A stretch of 63,395 nt of DNA, filler included, from Choristocarpus tenellus KU-1152 (GCA_964200185.2; 10 parts of 10 records of this genome joined end to end with filler, not necessarily neighbours in it); one strand, 5' to 3'. Shown: positions 13,436 to 27,058, numbered from the whole stretch's first letter. Notes: generated by a model not told the origin, from the sequence alone. Program-made: numbers and translations.

Positions 13436-13734
13436 CCCCGCCACTGCGAGAAACTGTGCACATCACCTGAAGCAAGCACGGGCGCCAACGATGGTAAGCA
13501 TGTTACCAGGAGTGCAACAGATATACGAACAACCTGCTTGAACTACTGGACGAACGAGGCACCATAAACAACAACACTCCCGTATCCTCTGTTTGCCGTT
13601 GGTCAATCATTCATTTGCCAACGTGTGCACCCCCCTGCCTCTCCCCGCCACTGCGAGAAACTGTGCACATCACCTGAAGCAAGCACGGGCGCCAACGATG
13701 GTAAGCATGTTACCAGGAGTGCAACAGATATACG
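13436..13734. repeat. Direct repeat with 207-bp period running into the contig end
   Basis: 13436-13527 is repeated exactly at 13643-13734 (ccccgccactgcgagaaac...gcaacagatatacg). Confidence 0.9.
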
Positions 13735-13988
13735 NNNNNNNNNNNNNNNNNNNNNNNNNNNNNNNNNNNNNNNNNNNNTTAATTAATTAANNNNNNNNNN
13801 NNNNNNNNNNNNNNNNNNNNNNNNNNNNNNNNNNCCCAAAGGGACAAAGACACAGTTTCCTCCCCCCCCTCCCCCCACAACTAGTCCTAGACCCCAGTAA
13901 TGTTGCCCCTACCCCAAAATCCAATGCTTCTCTTCCTCCTAACTCTGCTTTCAACAAGCCCCACACATGACCTCAAAAAATCTTGTAC

Positions 13989-16900
13989 CTGTGGCCTGCC
14001 ACCTAGTGACCTGGCTGTCCTCCTTGTCCCCGGAATGTGCTTGGCCTCCCTCCTCTCCTCCCGCCTCAGAGCTGTTCGATCAAACGGTCTGAAACCAACT
14101 AGGTGGAAGATGTCCGCCATGAGAGTACCCTTAATGCGACGGTCCAATGGACTTGACCCGAACAGACTTCCACAATCCCAGGGTGTGAGGATAAATTTGG
14201 TAGGGGAACAGCATTTTCGTGCATTCAATTTTTGAGTGACATATGGGTGGGGAGGGGGTGGGGGGTACCTTGCCTGGACAGCAAGTAGGAGGGGGTTGCG
14301 GCTGGAAACTAGGACAGGGTATGACAAATGTGATTGTTAGCAAGAAAGAAAGACAGCTGGGAGTTAGAGTATGTGGGGAGAAACACAAGAAGCATGGATC
14401 AGTCAGAGCAATGTCAGGTGAATGGGACAATGTGTGAGTCAAACAAAGTGCCTTTACATGTACAGACACACACCCTGAACAATCACACATGTTCAGGACT
14501 TTAAATTGGTATCTACGCACTTACCTAGGAGAGATGTTGACCTCAAGAAGCCAAGGCTTGAATGTTTCATCCAGGAGCACGTCAAAACCGAACAGCTCAT
14601 AGCAAGAGCCCCGGTGCCTCACCAACTGATGCGAATGGGTCGCCATGTCGCCATCCGCAGCGACCATGGTGCGCAATACGACATCGTCAATCGACCTCTC
14701 TACCTTCCATTGGCCATAACATGGTTAGTGGGTGGATGTGAGCATAGGGCTAATACTGCATGGCCTTAGGCGGTTAAGCTTTGGAGCCTTGGGCATGATA
14801 AATTGCACAGATAATCCAAAATGTAATAACGAAATGCAAGGTTATTTTCATATAGATGATCCACTGTCTTTAGTACGTCATGTATGAAACGACCGGATAG
14901 ACAGGTCACTGGATAGTCATACTGCTATCATTGTGTGCGGGGCAAGATCTGTCACCTTCTAAAATTAAAACCATTGCAACCTCTTCTACAGAAATAAGAA
15001 ACTGGCTGACGCAGGCATGGACTGGGAGTACTACACAAATATTATCAGTATCGCGAATATCAACCTCACTATTCAGCTCATGAATAGAAGGATGTGCCAC
15101 ACTAAGCAGTGAGGGAGCAAGAGGTGTGATCAAGCAATGCGTATCAGTAGAACCACCCCATTCAGAAAACACTCTCAGAAACTCCCCAATACAGTGCATT
15201 ACCAATGTGAACCTACTTCAAACTATGACGAAATATTTTATGGACTCAAGAGATACTTTCCATCATCTCACCACCACCACCACCAAAATCTAAACCACCA
15301 AAACCAAATCTTTCATAGCCATCCCTTTCACAATACACAACTCAGGTGGGCGATATCTTTGGATCATCCTGATCCTTAATACTCCTAAGAACAACTATAA
15401 GTTCTGTAAGTAATAAAAACATGGCAGGAGAGGTGTGTGTAAGAGAAGGGGGAGGATGGAGTTCCACACCACCTCTTCTCGCTTTTTCTTCCCGACTGTA
15501 GAATCTAGGTGCTTCCAGAAGAGAGTCAGTGCCCACTTGTTGGCACTAGTGTCTGCTTGTGCCTCTGTGTCATTGTCCTCGGATCCAGGGGCCTTGAAGT
15601 GTTCAGATTTCTTATTGATCGAGTAGTTGGTGAGGTGGGTAAAACGGGACTTCAAGTTCTTGAGGTTGTACCTTTTTTTGTCATAGAGAACAGGGGGCAG
15701 AACAGGAGGGGTGGGAGGAGTGGCAAGATGTGCTTGCAAGTACGTCATTTTGGAGGGCAACATCGTGGATATGTTCTGGTGCAGGTTATGGCTCACATCT
15801 CAAGTCAAGTACTGAAAAAAGGAGAAGAACACACAAACATTGCTTCAATGCAATTATGAAGAAGAAAGGATAGTATCTTTCAACCTTGGTGAGGAAGGAG
15901 GGTTTGAGTAGTCCACTCTCTCAAAATCTTTGTGCGGCGGGGGAAAATGGCAGCAAACTGGACGAAACCACCCCATATGAGGCATTGCAGCTAGACCAAC
16001 GAGAGAGGGATACATTAGGAGATCTTATGCTGACTCTTCACCAAACAAGTTGTGGCAACAGTGCTACTCCTCCCTCATGGTAGTTCTGATAGGACAAGGA
16101 TAGGTTATGAGTACATCATTTGCCCAAACCCGAAGCAGGTGCAGAGGGGTACAAATATATATATTTTAAAAAATGACAGGATCATATTGTCTTAATGTTG
16201 CATATGAGCCATTCTATTGTGTGAAATGTTGCTTTTATTGCCATGCCACTATCATTACCCCTCTACTGAGTCAAAGTATCTTGGAGGGTAGAGCCACGTC
16301 CATTTGGGGGCCAACTCCAATGTTGCAATTTTGATATAATTTTGGCCATCGTGTCTGTTAGCAAGTGTCAATATCCTTATTCTGGACACACCTTTTCATA
16401 ATATATACATTTCCCCTACTCTGAAACATTTTGGAGTAGGTAAAATGCCATTAATAACCCGTGGGAAGCCAAGCCCCAAATGGACAAACAGGGAATAAAC
16501 TCGTACCCTCTAAGATAATTTCACTCACTTTGACAGAAGCCTGCAAAAAAAAAAAGAGAGGAAAATTGGTAAACGATCACAATACACACGCCTGAGAGGC
16601 AAGAAAAAAAGTAGAAAAACAGATAGCCAACGTCCCTTCTCACCTTGCCTGACACCCCACCACGACAAAGTCTCTCGGATTCCTCAAAAAAAATCAAAAC
16701 GAGTGAAGATGGACAAGATAAGACAAGACATGATATTCACACTACACTGCACTGCAGATTTGATGTTATGCGGTATTATTAGTATCACTCTTTGTGCTAT
16801 CTGCACTAAATGCTTAGAAATAGAAGCAATTATGCACTGACATCACAAAATTGTTGGTGGCAACCACGATAAATTCATTTGCTGTTCCCACGTTGGTTTA

Positions 16901-19900
16901 GTTTTTTTTTATTTCCATGATACATTTCTACATCGAAATGAGAGAAAATCACATCCTGAGTCAAAGTATCTTAGAGGGTAGAGCCGCGTCCATTTTGGGG
17001 GCCAAAATCCAATGTTGCAGTTTTGATGTAATTTTGGCTATCGTGTCTGTTAGCAAGTGTCAATATCCTTATTTTGGACACACCTTTTCATAATATATAC
17101 ATTTCCCCTACTCTGAAACATTTTGGAGTAGGTAAAATGCCATTAATAACCCGTGGGAAGACTAGCCCCAAATAGACAAACAGGGGAAAACTTGTACCCT
17201 CTAAGATACTTTCACTCGTCCTTGAGCCGTACCTTTTTGTGGACAGTCGCACCAGTCCCTCCTCAAAGAGGTACACCCTAAGTGGTTCCATGCTTGTCAC
17301 AAGAACATAGAGGCGGAGGTCGAACTTACGACCATCAATCAGCATCGGGTTAGGGATGTACCTCTGTTTAGGAGATGTAGTTGGGTCAATGAGTTTGGAA
17401 GGTGTGTGTGTGTGTGAAGAAGAGAGGGGAGAAAGAGGAGGGGTAGAAGAACGTCGTTGCTACCATTCATGAGGTCTAGGCTTGATCTACTCAGAACTGT
17501 GGAGGGTTCTGTATGCATGCTACCTACCCCTGCTCTCTATAGCCTATGGTATTGTCATCACTTAGTTCCGATCCTTGTTTCCGACTCATTTAGAACAGGC
17601 AAACATAACTTAGGGCGTTGAGGAGCCATATTGTTCAGGGGTGCATATACATACTTGACTTGATTTTTTTTTATGGTGGAAAGAGAGAAGTGTCCAGCTC
17701 TAGGTAACAAACGTATTGAGCAAGAAACAATCCTTCAAAATTGTGAGAGAGGAGGTGAGGAAAGGCTCCTGACTCTCAACATTGAAGCAAGAGCATGCCT
17801 TTTTTTGCTGCCTGTGCTCTAGAGCATTGCTATCAGGAAATATAATGGTGTGCTTGTATTGTGGAGGTCAATATTTGACCAAAACTATCTATTCAAGTAA
17901 ATCCATTAGTATCCAAACAGTTGCATACTTAGAGGCAATGGAACATTGAAGGCCTTTGCTATTTGTACAACAGTGTAAAGATGGACGTATACATATTTTC
18001 TGTGCATAAAACAGACAAAGTCTTCACCTCTACTCTCTCTTTTACGTTAATTTTTTTCTGAAAAAGGTTTTTGCGATTTCCTTTCCATTCAGAAGCCTTC
18101 TTGCCCACAACAAAATGCTACAGATGTAGCGCTGTGTGTGTGAGCCGTTTGAATATTTCGAGGCAAAGATCAGCGAAGTGCCAAGAACCTAAAAATGGTT
18201 TTATATGAAAACCTGAGAAGTCCACGCATGAAAATCCTTGCACCAGCATGCACGTCCTTGCTCACACACACACTCACACAAACGCCTGCACACACACTCT
18301 CTCTCTCTCTCTCTCTTCTTTTCCTCTTTTTTACATCATACACATATGGCAGCGGTCGAAACACAAATCATTGCTTATTTGCAACAAAGTTACTTGAACT
18401 GGTAGGTAGTACTATTCACTTGTGCACTCCAGTGTGTCTACCGATTTCTATAGCAAAATTTACGTCAAGGTAAGTTACTATTGCTAAAAGAGTATATTGA
18501 GCTCTGTATACGATTACGACAGTTGATAGTGAGTGAAAGTATGTTAGAGGGTACGAGTTTTGCCCTGTTTGTCCATTTGGGGCTTGGCTTCCCATGGGTT
18601 ATTTTATGACATTTTTCGTACTCAAATGTGGTTAGGACCAGGTAAAGTGTATATGTTATAAAAAGGTGTCTGGAACATGGATATTGACACTTGCTAACAA
18701 ACACAATAGTTAAAATTACATCAAAATCGCAAGATTGGATTTTGGCCCCCAAATGGACGCGGCTCTACCCTCTAAGATACTTTGGCTCTAGTGGTAACGC
18801 TATGGTTAATTATTGCCAGGAATAGTAGGAGGCAGGAAGATGTGTACTGCAGACAGACTATGTTGGTTGACTTGAAACGCACTTACTATGACTTCTGTCT
18901 CATTCTATCTTCCCTATTGATCTTATAAGTATATATTATGATGATAATGAATAATAGGATATATTATTCACCCGTTATATAGTGTTGGACAAGAAAAAAA
19001 AGACTTGCCTGTACCAGGTACTTTTTGGACTTGTTCACAGAACTTGTGTTGGCCTTGCTAACAACACGTATTCCACGGCCACAGCTGCTAGCCGGGGGTT
19101 TCACTATCCAGATTACCTTTGGATCAGCCTCTGCTGCCTTGAGCCAGGACCGCCTGTATTACAATTGAAGAAAGAAATCCGTTTGGTCCAAATACAGCAT
19201 TTATTTCCACTTTCATGGTCCCTCTTCCAACTTGGCATCACCCCACATTCAATATACTGGTGTGAGCCTTGTTCAGCAACCATCTCCGCAACAGCCATCT
19301 GCCTAATTCCTCTTTTTCATATGATATAATTCCAATTATATAATCCGTGTACCCCCCGAGCACCTACTTCAGGCTCTAACACCCACTACATATACTGCAA
19401 TTGCAACTACTTGATAAATATCACATGGGCAAGGCAGGCTATCGAAGGCTGTGTTCTTGAGCACAGTGGGCAACAGATGTAACCATTTAATGATGAAAGT
19501 ACATAGACCGCGCTTCATTCCTCAACCTCTCCTCATTTCCATAGATCCAGTCAGGTTTTTCAGGTTTTTCAGGATTTGTGGGTTTCGACTCCTGCTGCTT
19601 CCACACTGCAAGGAGCAACTACATAAGGTTGTCCTCCAACATCAACCAACTATACTTTATTAATGAAATATCTTCATACCCAGAGAATATCATCCTGTGG
19701 TGTTCAGGTTGGGTTGCAGCACTGATAGTGAAAATCTTAGGGGGCATGGTACAAGGCCCCAATTTTTTATTCATAGGGTATCCCTCAACAATACCCTATA
19801 TGTATCACACTGATTGGTTTAATATTTCTACTGTTGGAACTCTACTAGAGGTATTAATATTACTAGAGGTATTAATATTTATCTTTCTTCACAACAACAT

Positions 19901-20899
19901 TATTTCGATCTTGGATTTGTTCACCACCCAGTAACTTACCTGTCTGCTGGAAGTATGAATCCTTGTGGGGAGAAGTTCAGCACATTGAATGGTGCACCCC
20001 CAGAACCTGTGCTTGTTGTAGCTCCAGACCCTAGTGCGGTCAAGGTGGACCCACCTTCGGCAGCCCTTGCACCAGAAACTTCGGGAACACCACCCACCTC
20101 CCATCTGTGCTTAGCCAGAGTCCTCATGAGACGATCTTTGCGGCCTATGCACCAGGAGCCAGGGATGTGATTGACCTTTTGGAATCGGTTAAGATTCCTG
20201 AGGAGGAAATGTAGTGTCGCACAAGTGGATCTTGATCAGAAAAAATTGAGAGGAAGGAAAATGTTCACAGCTTTGCATGGGAGAGAGGCTTCTGTGAACT
20301 TATATTGGTTGCAGAAATTGCAATACTTGCCTGAAGCCTTCATGTGTAGGGTGTTTGCCCCATGAAGCTGTCCACATTGAAATACTGCGTGTACGAGTGA
20401 ACCCAGCGCGAAGGAAGGCATTCTTCACGCTGTTGCGTTCCCAATGGGTCTTGAACAAAAGTTTCCTTCCACCTAGTGGTTCTGAATAGTACTCGTTATC
20501 AGTCCGGGCTATACGAAGCTCCTTGGGGTATTCGAAGAATACTGTGGGCGGTCGGTCGGGAAACATGCTAGGTACTAGTTTCACCTCGCCTGGGATGGGC
20601 TCCAGTGGGTCTATGTCACTCTCTGTGTCATCATCGGATGGGTCTAAGGTAGAAGTGTATCCATTGTCGCTGTCGACACCACAAGCCCTGTCTCCGTCTG
20701 GGAAGCTTTCCTCACTACTGCAACTTGTCTCGTCGTCTGTTGACACTCGATCCACATCCGTACTCTCCTCACTATCAAACCCTGTTTCACGTTCATCATC
20801 ATCGTCTTCACTAACCTCGCCGTCGTCAACGTCACCACCGCACCCTTCTCGCATTCCCCCGCTTCCCAGCCAGTGGGGGACTGCGCCGAGGTCCTCCAT
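13989..20899 (-). CDS. TTLL4: Tubulin polyglutamylase, TTLL4/TTLL5-like (3' end missing)
   Basis: Minus-strand exons 20899-20331, 20197-19940, 19153-19009, 17363-17233, 15671-15473, 14703-14525 and 14166-13989, all phase-compatible. TTL-domain motifs: [108 protein letters not shown]. Start codon and exact paralogue are less certain. Confidence 0.9.
16268..16526 (+). mobile_element. MITE family B (about 260 bp), in a TTLL intron
   Basis: Termini gagtcaaagtatcttggagggta... and ...taccctctaagataatttcactc; close match to 16958-17217. No clean 4-bp TSD. Confidence 0.85.
16958..17217 (+). mobile_element. MITE family B, 15 nt from a TTLL splice donor
   Basis: gagtcaaagtatcttagagggta ... taccctctaagatactttcactc; flanks atcct / gtcct. 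Confidence 0.85.
18531..18788 (-). mobile_element. MITE family B, inverted copy, TSD TAGT
   Basis: gagtgaaagtatgttagagggta ... taccctctaagatactttggctc; TAGT at 18527-18530 and 18789-18792. Confidence 0.85.
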
Positions 20900-21471
20900 T
20901 TTGAGATGAGATATTTCCGTGTCCGAGAAGACACGAAGAAGTCAAAGTCTCTGTCCACGGCTATGTCAAGTGTGCGATTGCTTCCATCTTCCTGTCACAT
21001 ATAATCACCGAGTCACCGTGCTCAATCGACCTGGTAGTCTCCAGTCAACCATACCACTTACGAGAGCAAGACTTCTCCTTCCTCATCCTCGATCATGAGA
21101 TTTTCAACAATCGATAGTCAAAGTTATTGACGAATAAGCAACTTCATTCCCCGCACTCCGGCTTTCAGTTCCTAGAGTTCCCTCGGTTAGGTGGATGGGA
21201 CAATCGTTTACTGCCGTTTCGTCCTTACAATGTATTCCCGATACCATAGGAAGATAATCAAAGTGGTGACCTCAGTGGCACGTTGCACCCCTTGCAATAA
21301 TTGGCCGAAGAGGCTCTGTCTTTAACTTTTTCTCACGCTCGAACTGAAGGGTTCTACACGTCTGTCTGTTCAGTTATCCTGATGATTGGTCTTAAAGTGT
21401 TTCTTGCAGTTTCTACAGTTTCGTGTGAACAAGTGCCACACTAGTTGATGATCCAAAAAACAATCTGCAGG
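20900..21471. promoter_or_regulatory. Probable bidirectional promoter region (TTLL / coiled-coil gene)
   Basis: About 570 nt between divergent putative start codons (20899 minus, 21472 plus); visibly richer in CpG than nearby introns. No specific motif identified. Confidence 0.45.
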
Positions 21472-24400
21472 ATGTCGAGTGAGCAATCATTATGGAGGCG
21501 CCCAGTCGGCTCTCCCATCGTCTATGCCATTCGTATGAAAAGTATCCGAGAGGCGAACATATACCCCACATGTCGCCTTGACAAGACCAGTCGCTCCCTA
21601 TATTGGCCAGAGGATGTTTGGGCCAAACGCAAGGGTCTTTCGAAGATCCATTCGAAGGTGGAGGCAAGCGCTAGTAAGGCTCAAGGGGCTTTGAAGATGA
21701 GCGCTATGAAGGTTAAGCTATCAGGCGTAACGAGGGAGGACATGAGGACTACCGACCGCATTAAGGAGGTATACCCCTTAACCCCCCCTTCCCATGAACC
21801 TGTCGAGCATATTGCACATCACCAAAGACAGCGGAGCACTATTCTTCACTCCACGATGATATTTTCTGAAGATCACAACACTTGAGTTCCATAGCACCCA
21901 CTATATGAGCTTCTAGGTAAGGGAGTTATCTCTGTCGAGATTACAATGAGTATCGAGGTACAATTGTCTCTTAGGTGCATACACCCGTAAACTGTGAGAC
22001 ACGGAAGCCAACAGGTGCATCTCCATTACATTTGTAGAGTCAACTTTCTTGAAATTTCTGTCGTTGACACTCAAATATCTCCCAATCTATCGTTAGACTA
22101 CATCAGTCTTGATGGATTATAAGAAAGAGGCGGCAGCGATTGGTGCTGCAAAGCGACGAGTGCTTAATCCTCGACTTGCTGAGCGGATTGATCGAATGGG
22201 CAGCAAGACAAGGGAGGAGTTTCAAGAGAGGGTCGAAACGGCAATCCTACACCTGGTGTCGTCCATAAAGAAGCGATACGCTCGTCTTCAGAAAAACTTG
22301 GATGGTTTGGGAGTTTTCCACCCAGAGGCTAATGCCCAAAGGTGCTGCAACCTGATTATCTCTTTCGCCCAACCAATATATGTTCTTGATGATGAAATTG
22401 CACTTTACCAATGTTGCCGATATAGAGCTCCCTTCATATTTTTTTGAGGCAATACGTGGTGCTAGGTGACCACTCTCTGGTATTGCTAGCATCTATTTAC
22501 CATATTTCAATATCTTTAATTCCCAAAAACTAATGTATTGCATATCTTGTGGGCTGTTGCCAGTCATTTTGGCCTTGCCAGTCCATGAATGGTTTGACGA
22601 TCCAATCCTACTGATAATTACCACTCATTTCACTCTGTTCTCAAATTGAAGGGATAGCTATATAAAATAACCATTTATGTGAGTAAATTTTGAGAGCAAT
22701 CCTTCACCTCCCACCCCCAATCTCCAAATAATATACAGAGTAAACTCAAGATTTTGGGCAGATCTACAGCGAAAGGTTGATATTACAGCAATTGAAGACC
22801 AAATCTTGGAAAAAATGGCAATAGAAGAAGATGAACGGGCAGCGGCCGTAGCCTTGGTCAACCCCAAAAAGGCTGAAGTGATACATGTAGGGAGAAGCAC
22901 AGAAGACAGTTTATCGTCTGACTGCTCAGGGCTAGGAAAAACACCATCAATAGATGGTGGTCCTAAATGGTCAGCAAGCCCTAGAGCAAATGTTGTTGGT
23001 GGCCAGGAACAGAGGCAGACCCAAGAGGGAGAAATCCAAGTTCAAGGTATAGGAAGAGATGGTAATACTTTTATCAAGAAGTTGGTACCTCCAGTTGGTG
23101 TAGATAGGAGGACTGAGGGGACACATCACCAAGAGGGAGGTAGGAGGGGAGAAGGTGGCTTGAGGTCACCTGGTTATGGGGGAAGCAGAATTCCCCTACT
23201 ATCTTCCCCTTCAAGGCAAGAGGCAAGGTTTGCTGGTATACCTGGATACGATGAGCTTGGTCGAGTGCCAACCCTAGAGGATTTTAGAAGAGCATGGCCT
23301 CAGTGTCAGAACCCAAGCCCAAAGAGGATGGAGAATGGGGAGGGGATGGAGTCAGGGTATAGGGGTGAGAGGAATCAGCCAATGTGTTCTTCACCACATA
23401 CATCCCTGACATCTTCCATCACACAAAGGTCATGCATGGGACAAGAGCAGCAGGAAGATCAGACGAATATTGTCCATGAGCTGGCAAAGCATGATGAGGT
23501 CTTCCGCCATTTCAAGAGGTACTATGAGACCTGTGAGCGGCCTTTTGGGGTTGGCATGTCTCCAATTCAGGGAGTGGACCCCCAGGTACTGGAGACCATT
23601 AATCGCCACAGTAGCGAGGTTGCTGAGAACAGATTGATGAGCAAGATTGGTGAGGGTATTCTATCTGGTATCTGCAACACAGAGGGAGAAAAAGGTAGCA
23701 GTCGTAACAAAAAGAGAGACACCAGGTGGCATTCCAGTGCTGACCGAGGTTCAGTCAGAAAGCACCGTAAGGAGGAAGGTCTTCCCAACGGGTTTTGGGG
23801 ATCAACGAGGTGTAACAATGAATATGCAGAACAAAAGCCCAATGCCAAAGAGAAGGTTCTCAAGAGCGAAAGCAATAGTAGCACAGAGAATTCCGTCAAT
23901 GATGCAATACGAGGCGGGGTCACAGGGCACGAAAAGCAGTCAGGTAAGGCTAGCACAGTGCCATCGCAGGCCCGGAGAGCAGGAGTGGGACAGGGGAGCA
24001 CTAAAACTGCGGCCCTTCATTGCTCATCAGAAGATTCCCTAGAAGGAAGCTTATCAGCAGCTGAGCTTCAGGTGCACTTCTCTTGCATCCTGTTGTTTTC
24101 CTCGCGTCGCGCTGGTAGGTGATACCTGCTTCAGTCAATTTGCATTACATTATTTCCTGTTGAGTCACCACAACATACCTGACCACACACTGCACCACCT
24201 ATATCACTGAAACTTCGTTACATCGCGGCTGTCCTGCATTAGGGGCGCCTGGAGGAAGCGTGGAGGGCCCTTGAGATGCCAGCTCGCCTCAAGCTGGAGT
24301 TCCTGGAGAGATACTCCAACCCTGAGCGGGCCCTTCTTCTTCCCAGAGCAACGAGTTTACTTGAGGGAGCCGGAATGGCTGTCACACTTCGAGAAAAGGT

Positions 24401-26100
24401 TGGCTGAGGGGTGTAGAGCATGTTTTATGTGAGGGAAAGGGTTTTCGTGTAGGTGGTCAATTTTGCCAAGGGGTATGAACAGTTTTTAGGGTGCCAGTCA
24501 TATAATTATATATTGTGTACTGAGTGCTTAAGTATATCATACGCTATGACAGTGCATCTGTTTGTGGACACATGTACCTTTCAAACAGAACGATGCCTTC
24601 CATCTGAAATGCATTGGTTCCTTTCTTCCCCAGCAGTGATGCCCTTGTGATTAATGCTATATTTTATATCCAGCTTGCAAGGGAACTCTTGTTGTTGCGG
24701 TTGTTTTTTACTATCAATGAGTATGCATGTTGCTCCCATGAAAACAAGGTCAAGGGCTAAATAAGAGGAATGTGGCAAGTCTGGAAGGAGGGTAGATGTT
24801 TGCTACTAGCACTGCTGCGTCAATGAGAGGATACATGGATGTTTAATTGTAAGGGTAGCTTGAACAGCTGAATACCAGCCAGATCAGCACTTCAAGGGAT
24901 CATATAGCACAGGAATTAGAGTCTACCTCAACCTGATTGAATGAGAAGAAATAGGTAGATCATATACCTGCTTCTTTCCAACTCGATTGTCTATGGGTTA
25001 GTGGTGCTAAGGGCTGTCGCTTTAGCTTGATATATGTTCATGATAAGCCTGTTTCTCTGTTCAAACAATATCAACTCAGCCTGAATCTTTGAAGGCATTC
25101 TAAGACAATTTTGTTAGGGAGGAAAGTGACAATTGACAGAGGAAGTTCACTAATTTGTCATATTGGCGAACCATACCTTTCACAGTGAACAAGACCTTCA
25201 TATTTTCCTCAGATACTGCAGCTGGAAAGAAAAGCTCCTTATAAATCTTCCCTGAGTATTTTTAGCCTTCTAAGCTACTCTGTGCAAGTTCAATCACCAT
25301 CCTCCTGATGTCTCCCTCTCCTCCTTCTCATTCAGCAATGGACGTGGGGAACAGTGACAAAACAGATAAGGCAAGGTAATGCACAAGTAACCCCCTGATG
25401 TAACCTCCCCCCCCCACAGGTTATTTCACTCATCACCCGGGCCAAACGGGATCATGAAATCTTGTCAGTTAGTCACCTGTTCACATCTGCGGAGGAGGAG
25501 ACCTTGTGTGATCTGGATTGTTGGGTTGAGTTGACAGAGGCAGAAGTAGCGAAGTTCAGGGTAGAAACGGAGGACAAAGATACATCAGAAATAGAGAAGG
25601 AAGAAGAACTGGAAGAGGTGAGGGATGAATCATTGAGTGTGGTTGGAGGACCCCGAGAGCTGGGAGCCGGCCAAGGATTGGTAGTTGATATGTCAGAAAT
25701 AGAGAGAAGTGCAGAAGGGTCAGGGAAGCTTCCTGGATGCCCTACGGCTGCTGCATCAGTGAAAAATAGATTGAGTACATGGACTAATGCGGGTACAGTG
25801 AACTGTGGTTCAGCAGTGGAGGAGCTATGTGAAGCTCCCCTCCAACCAGAAGATGTCATAAAGAGAGCAAAACTGAGCCCACGGCAGGAATCTGAGCTTG
25901 CACGGGCGTGGCTGCAACAGTTGTTGAAGAGTTTGGACTACCGTTGTGCAAAGTTGTGTCACACTGCAGAGGAAGAGCTCCAGGAAACTGTGACATTCCA
26001 GGGGCGCAGTTTTGCAGCCAGTCTTCCTGAGTGGGCACTCAACGCATCAGTGGCAGCATTTGTCAACACCGCAGCTGAACCGGATACTTCTTTGCTTTGA
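21472..26100 (+). CDS. Coiled-coil/disordered protein with a CCDC87/MAP65-like C-terminal motif (5 exons)
   Basis: Exons 21472-21768, 22097-22341, 22739-24071, 24243-24398 and 25420-26100 join in frame at AG/GT sites. ELQGRLEEAWRALEMPARLKLEFLERYS resembles, from memory, the LQ.RLE..W..L.MP...RL....KYS motif of CCDC87-type proteins, with VTFQGR near the end. The ctgcag just before 21471 could be an acceptor, so an upstream exon is possible. Confidence 0.7.
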
Positions 26101-26427
26101 GCACGAATGAGAAAAATTGGTGCCAAAAGTGGCAGTTCCAGCAGAGTTCAATTCTTTCTATCAGAAGTCTGTCATTTCCATTGAGAGGAATGGCAACAAA
26201 GGATGTACTAGCTCTTATTCTGCAGTCTTGTGTCTGCACAGTCTGACTGGTCTTTCTCTTTGTGTGTAACCCAATCTGTCAATTCTCCAGTTGTTTTGAG
26301 GAACCTTCTATGTACCCTTTGTTCCTTGCAATCCTGAAGTTGTAGGTCTGTATTTCTCAAATGCATGTATGCCGCATTTTATATAGTTCGCATGTACTTT
26401 CTTGGTCGATATGTGCTTGGAAAAAAT

Positions 26428-26598
26428 AAGCAAAAGTTCCTTAGAGGGTAGAGCCACGTCCATTTGGGGGCCAAAATCCAATGTTGTGATTTTGATGTAA
26501 TTTTGGCGATCATGTTCGTTAGGAGAGGCTCAAAGTATCTGGGAGGGGGTGGCGGCTGTCTATTTTGGCTCAAGTTTTTCATGTCGCGATTTTTGGGT
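26428..26598 (+). mobile_element. Truncated family B MITE with a nested family A MITE (A starts 26527), cut by the contig end
   Basis: B left arm ttagagggtagagccacgtccatttggggg... is joined to ggctcaaagtatctgggagggggtggcggctg. Confidence 0.8.
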
Positions 26599-26866
26599 NN
26601 NNNNNNNNNNNNNNNNNNNNNNNNNNNNNNNNNNNNNNNNNNTTAATTAATTAANNNNNNNNNNNNNNNNNNNNNNNNNNNNNNNNNNNNNNNNNNNNTT
26701 TTTTTTTTTTCTTTCTTTTTTTTCTTTTTTTTTATGAAATAAGGTATGCGTTTGGTTGGGTGTGAGGGGGGAAGAACATTTTTGTCAGAATAACAAAGCA
26801 TTTTTTTTTTAAGCAAAGAATTTCTTTGCCGCTTCCCTGCCGATTTTTTCTGACGGTTTCTGTTTG

Positions 26867-27058
26867 TGTGTCCCTCCCTTCCCCTAACTGTCAATGGTGA
26901 TATGACTCTGTTGACACTGTTTACTGTTTTGTGTATCCCTCCCTAACCCTAACTATCAACGGTGATATGACTCTGTTGACACTGTTTACTGTTTGTGTAT
27001 CCCTCCCTAACCCTAACTATCAACGGTGATATGACTCTGTTGACACTCTTTACTGTTC
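26867..27058. repeat. 64-bp minisatellite x3 containing CCCTAACCCTAA
   Basis: Unit gtgtatccctccctaaccctaactatcaacggtgatatgactctgttgacactgtttactgttt at about 26867, 26931 and 26995. Confidence 0.9.
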
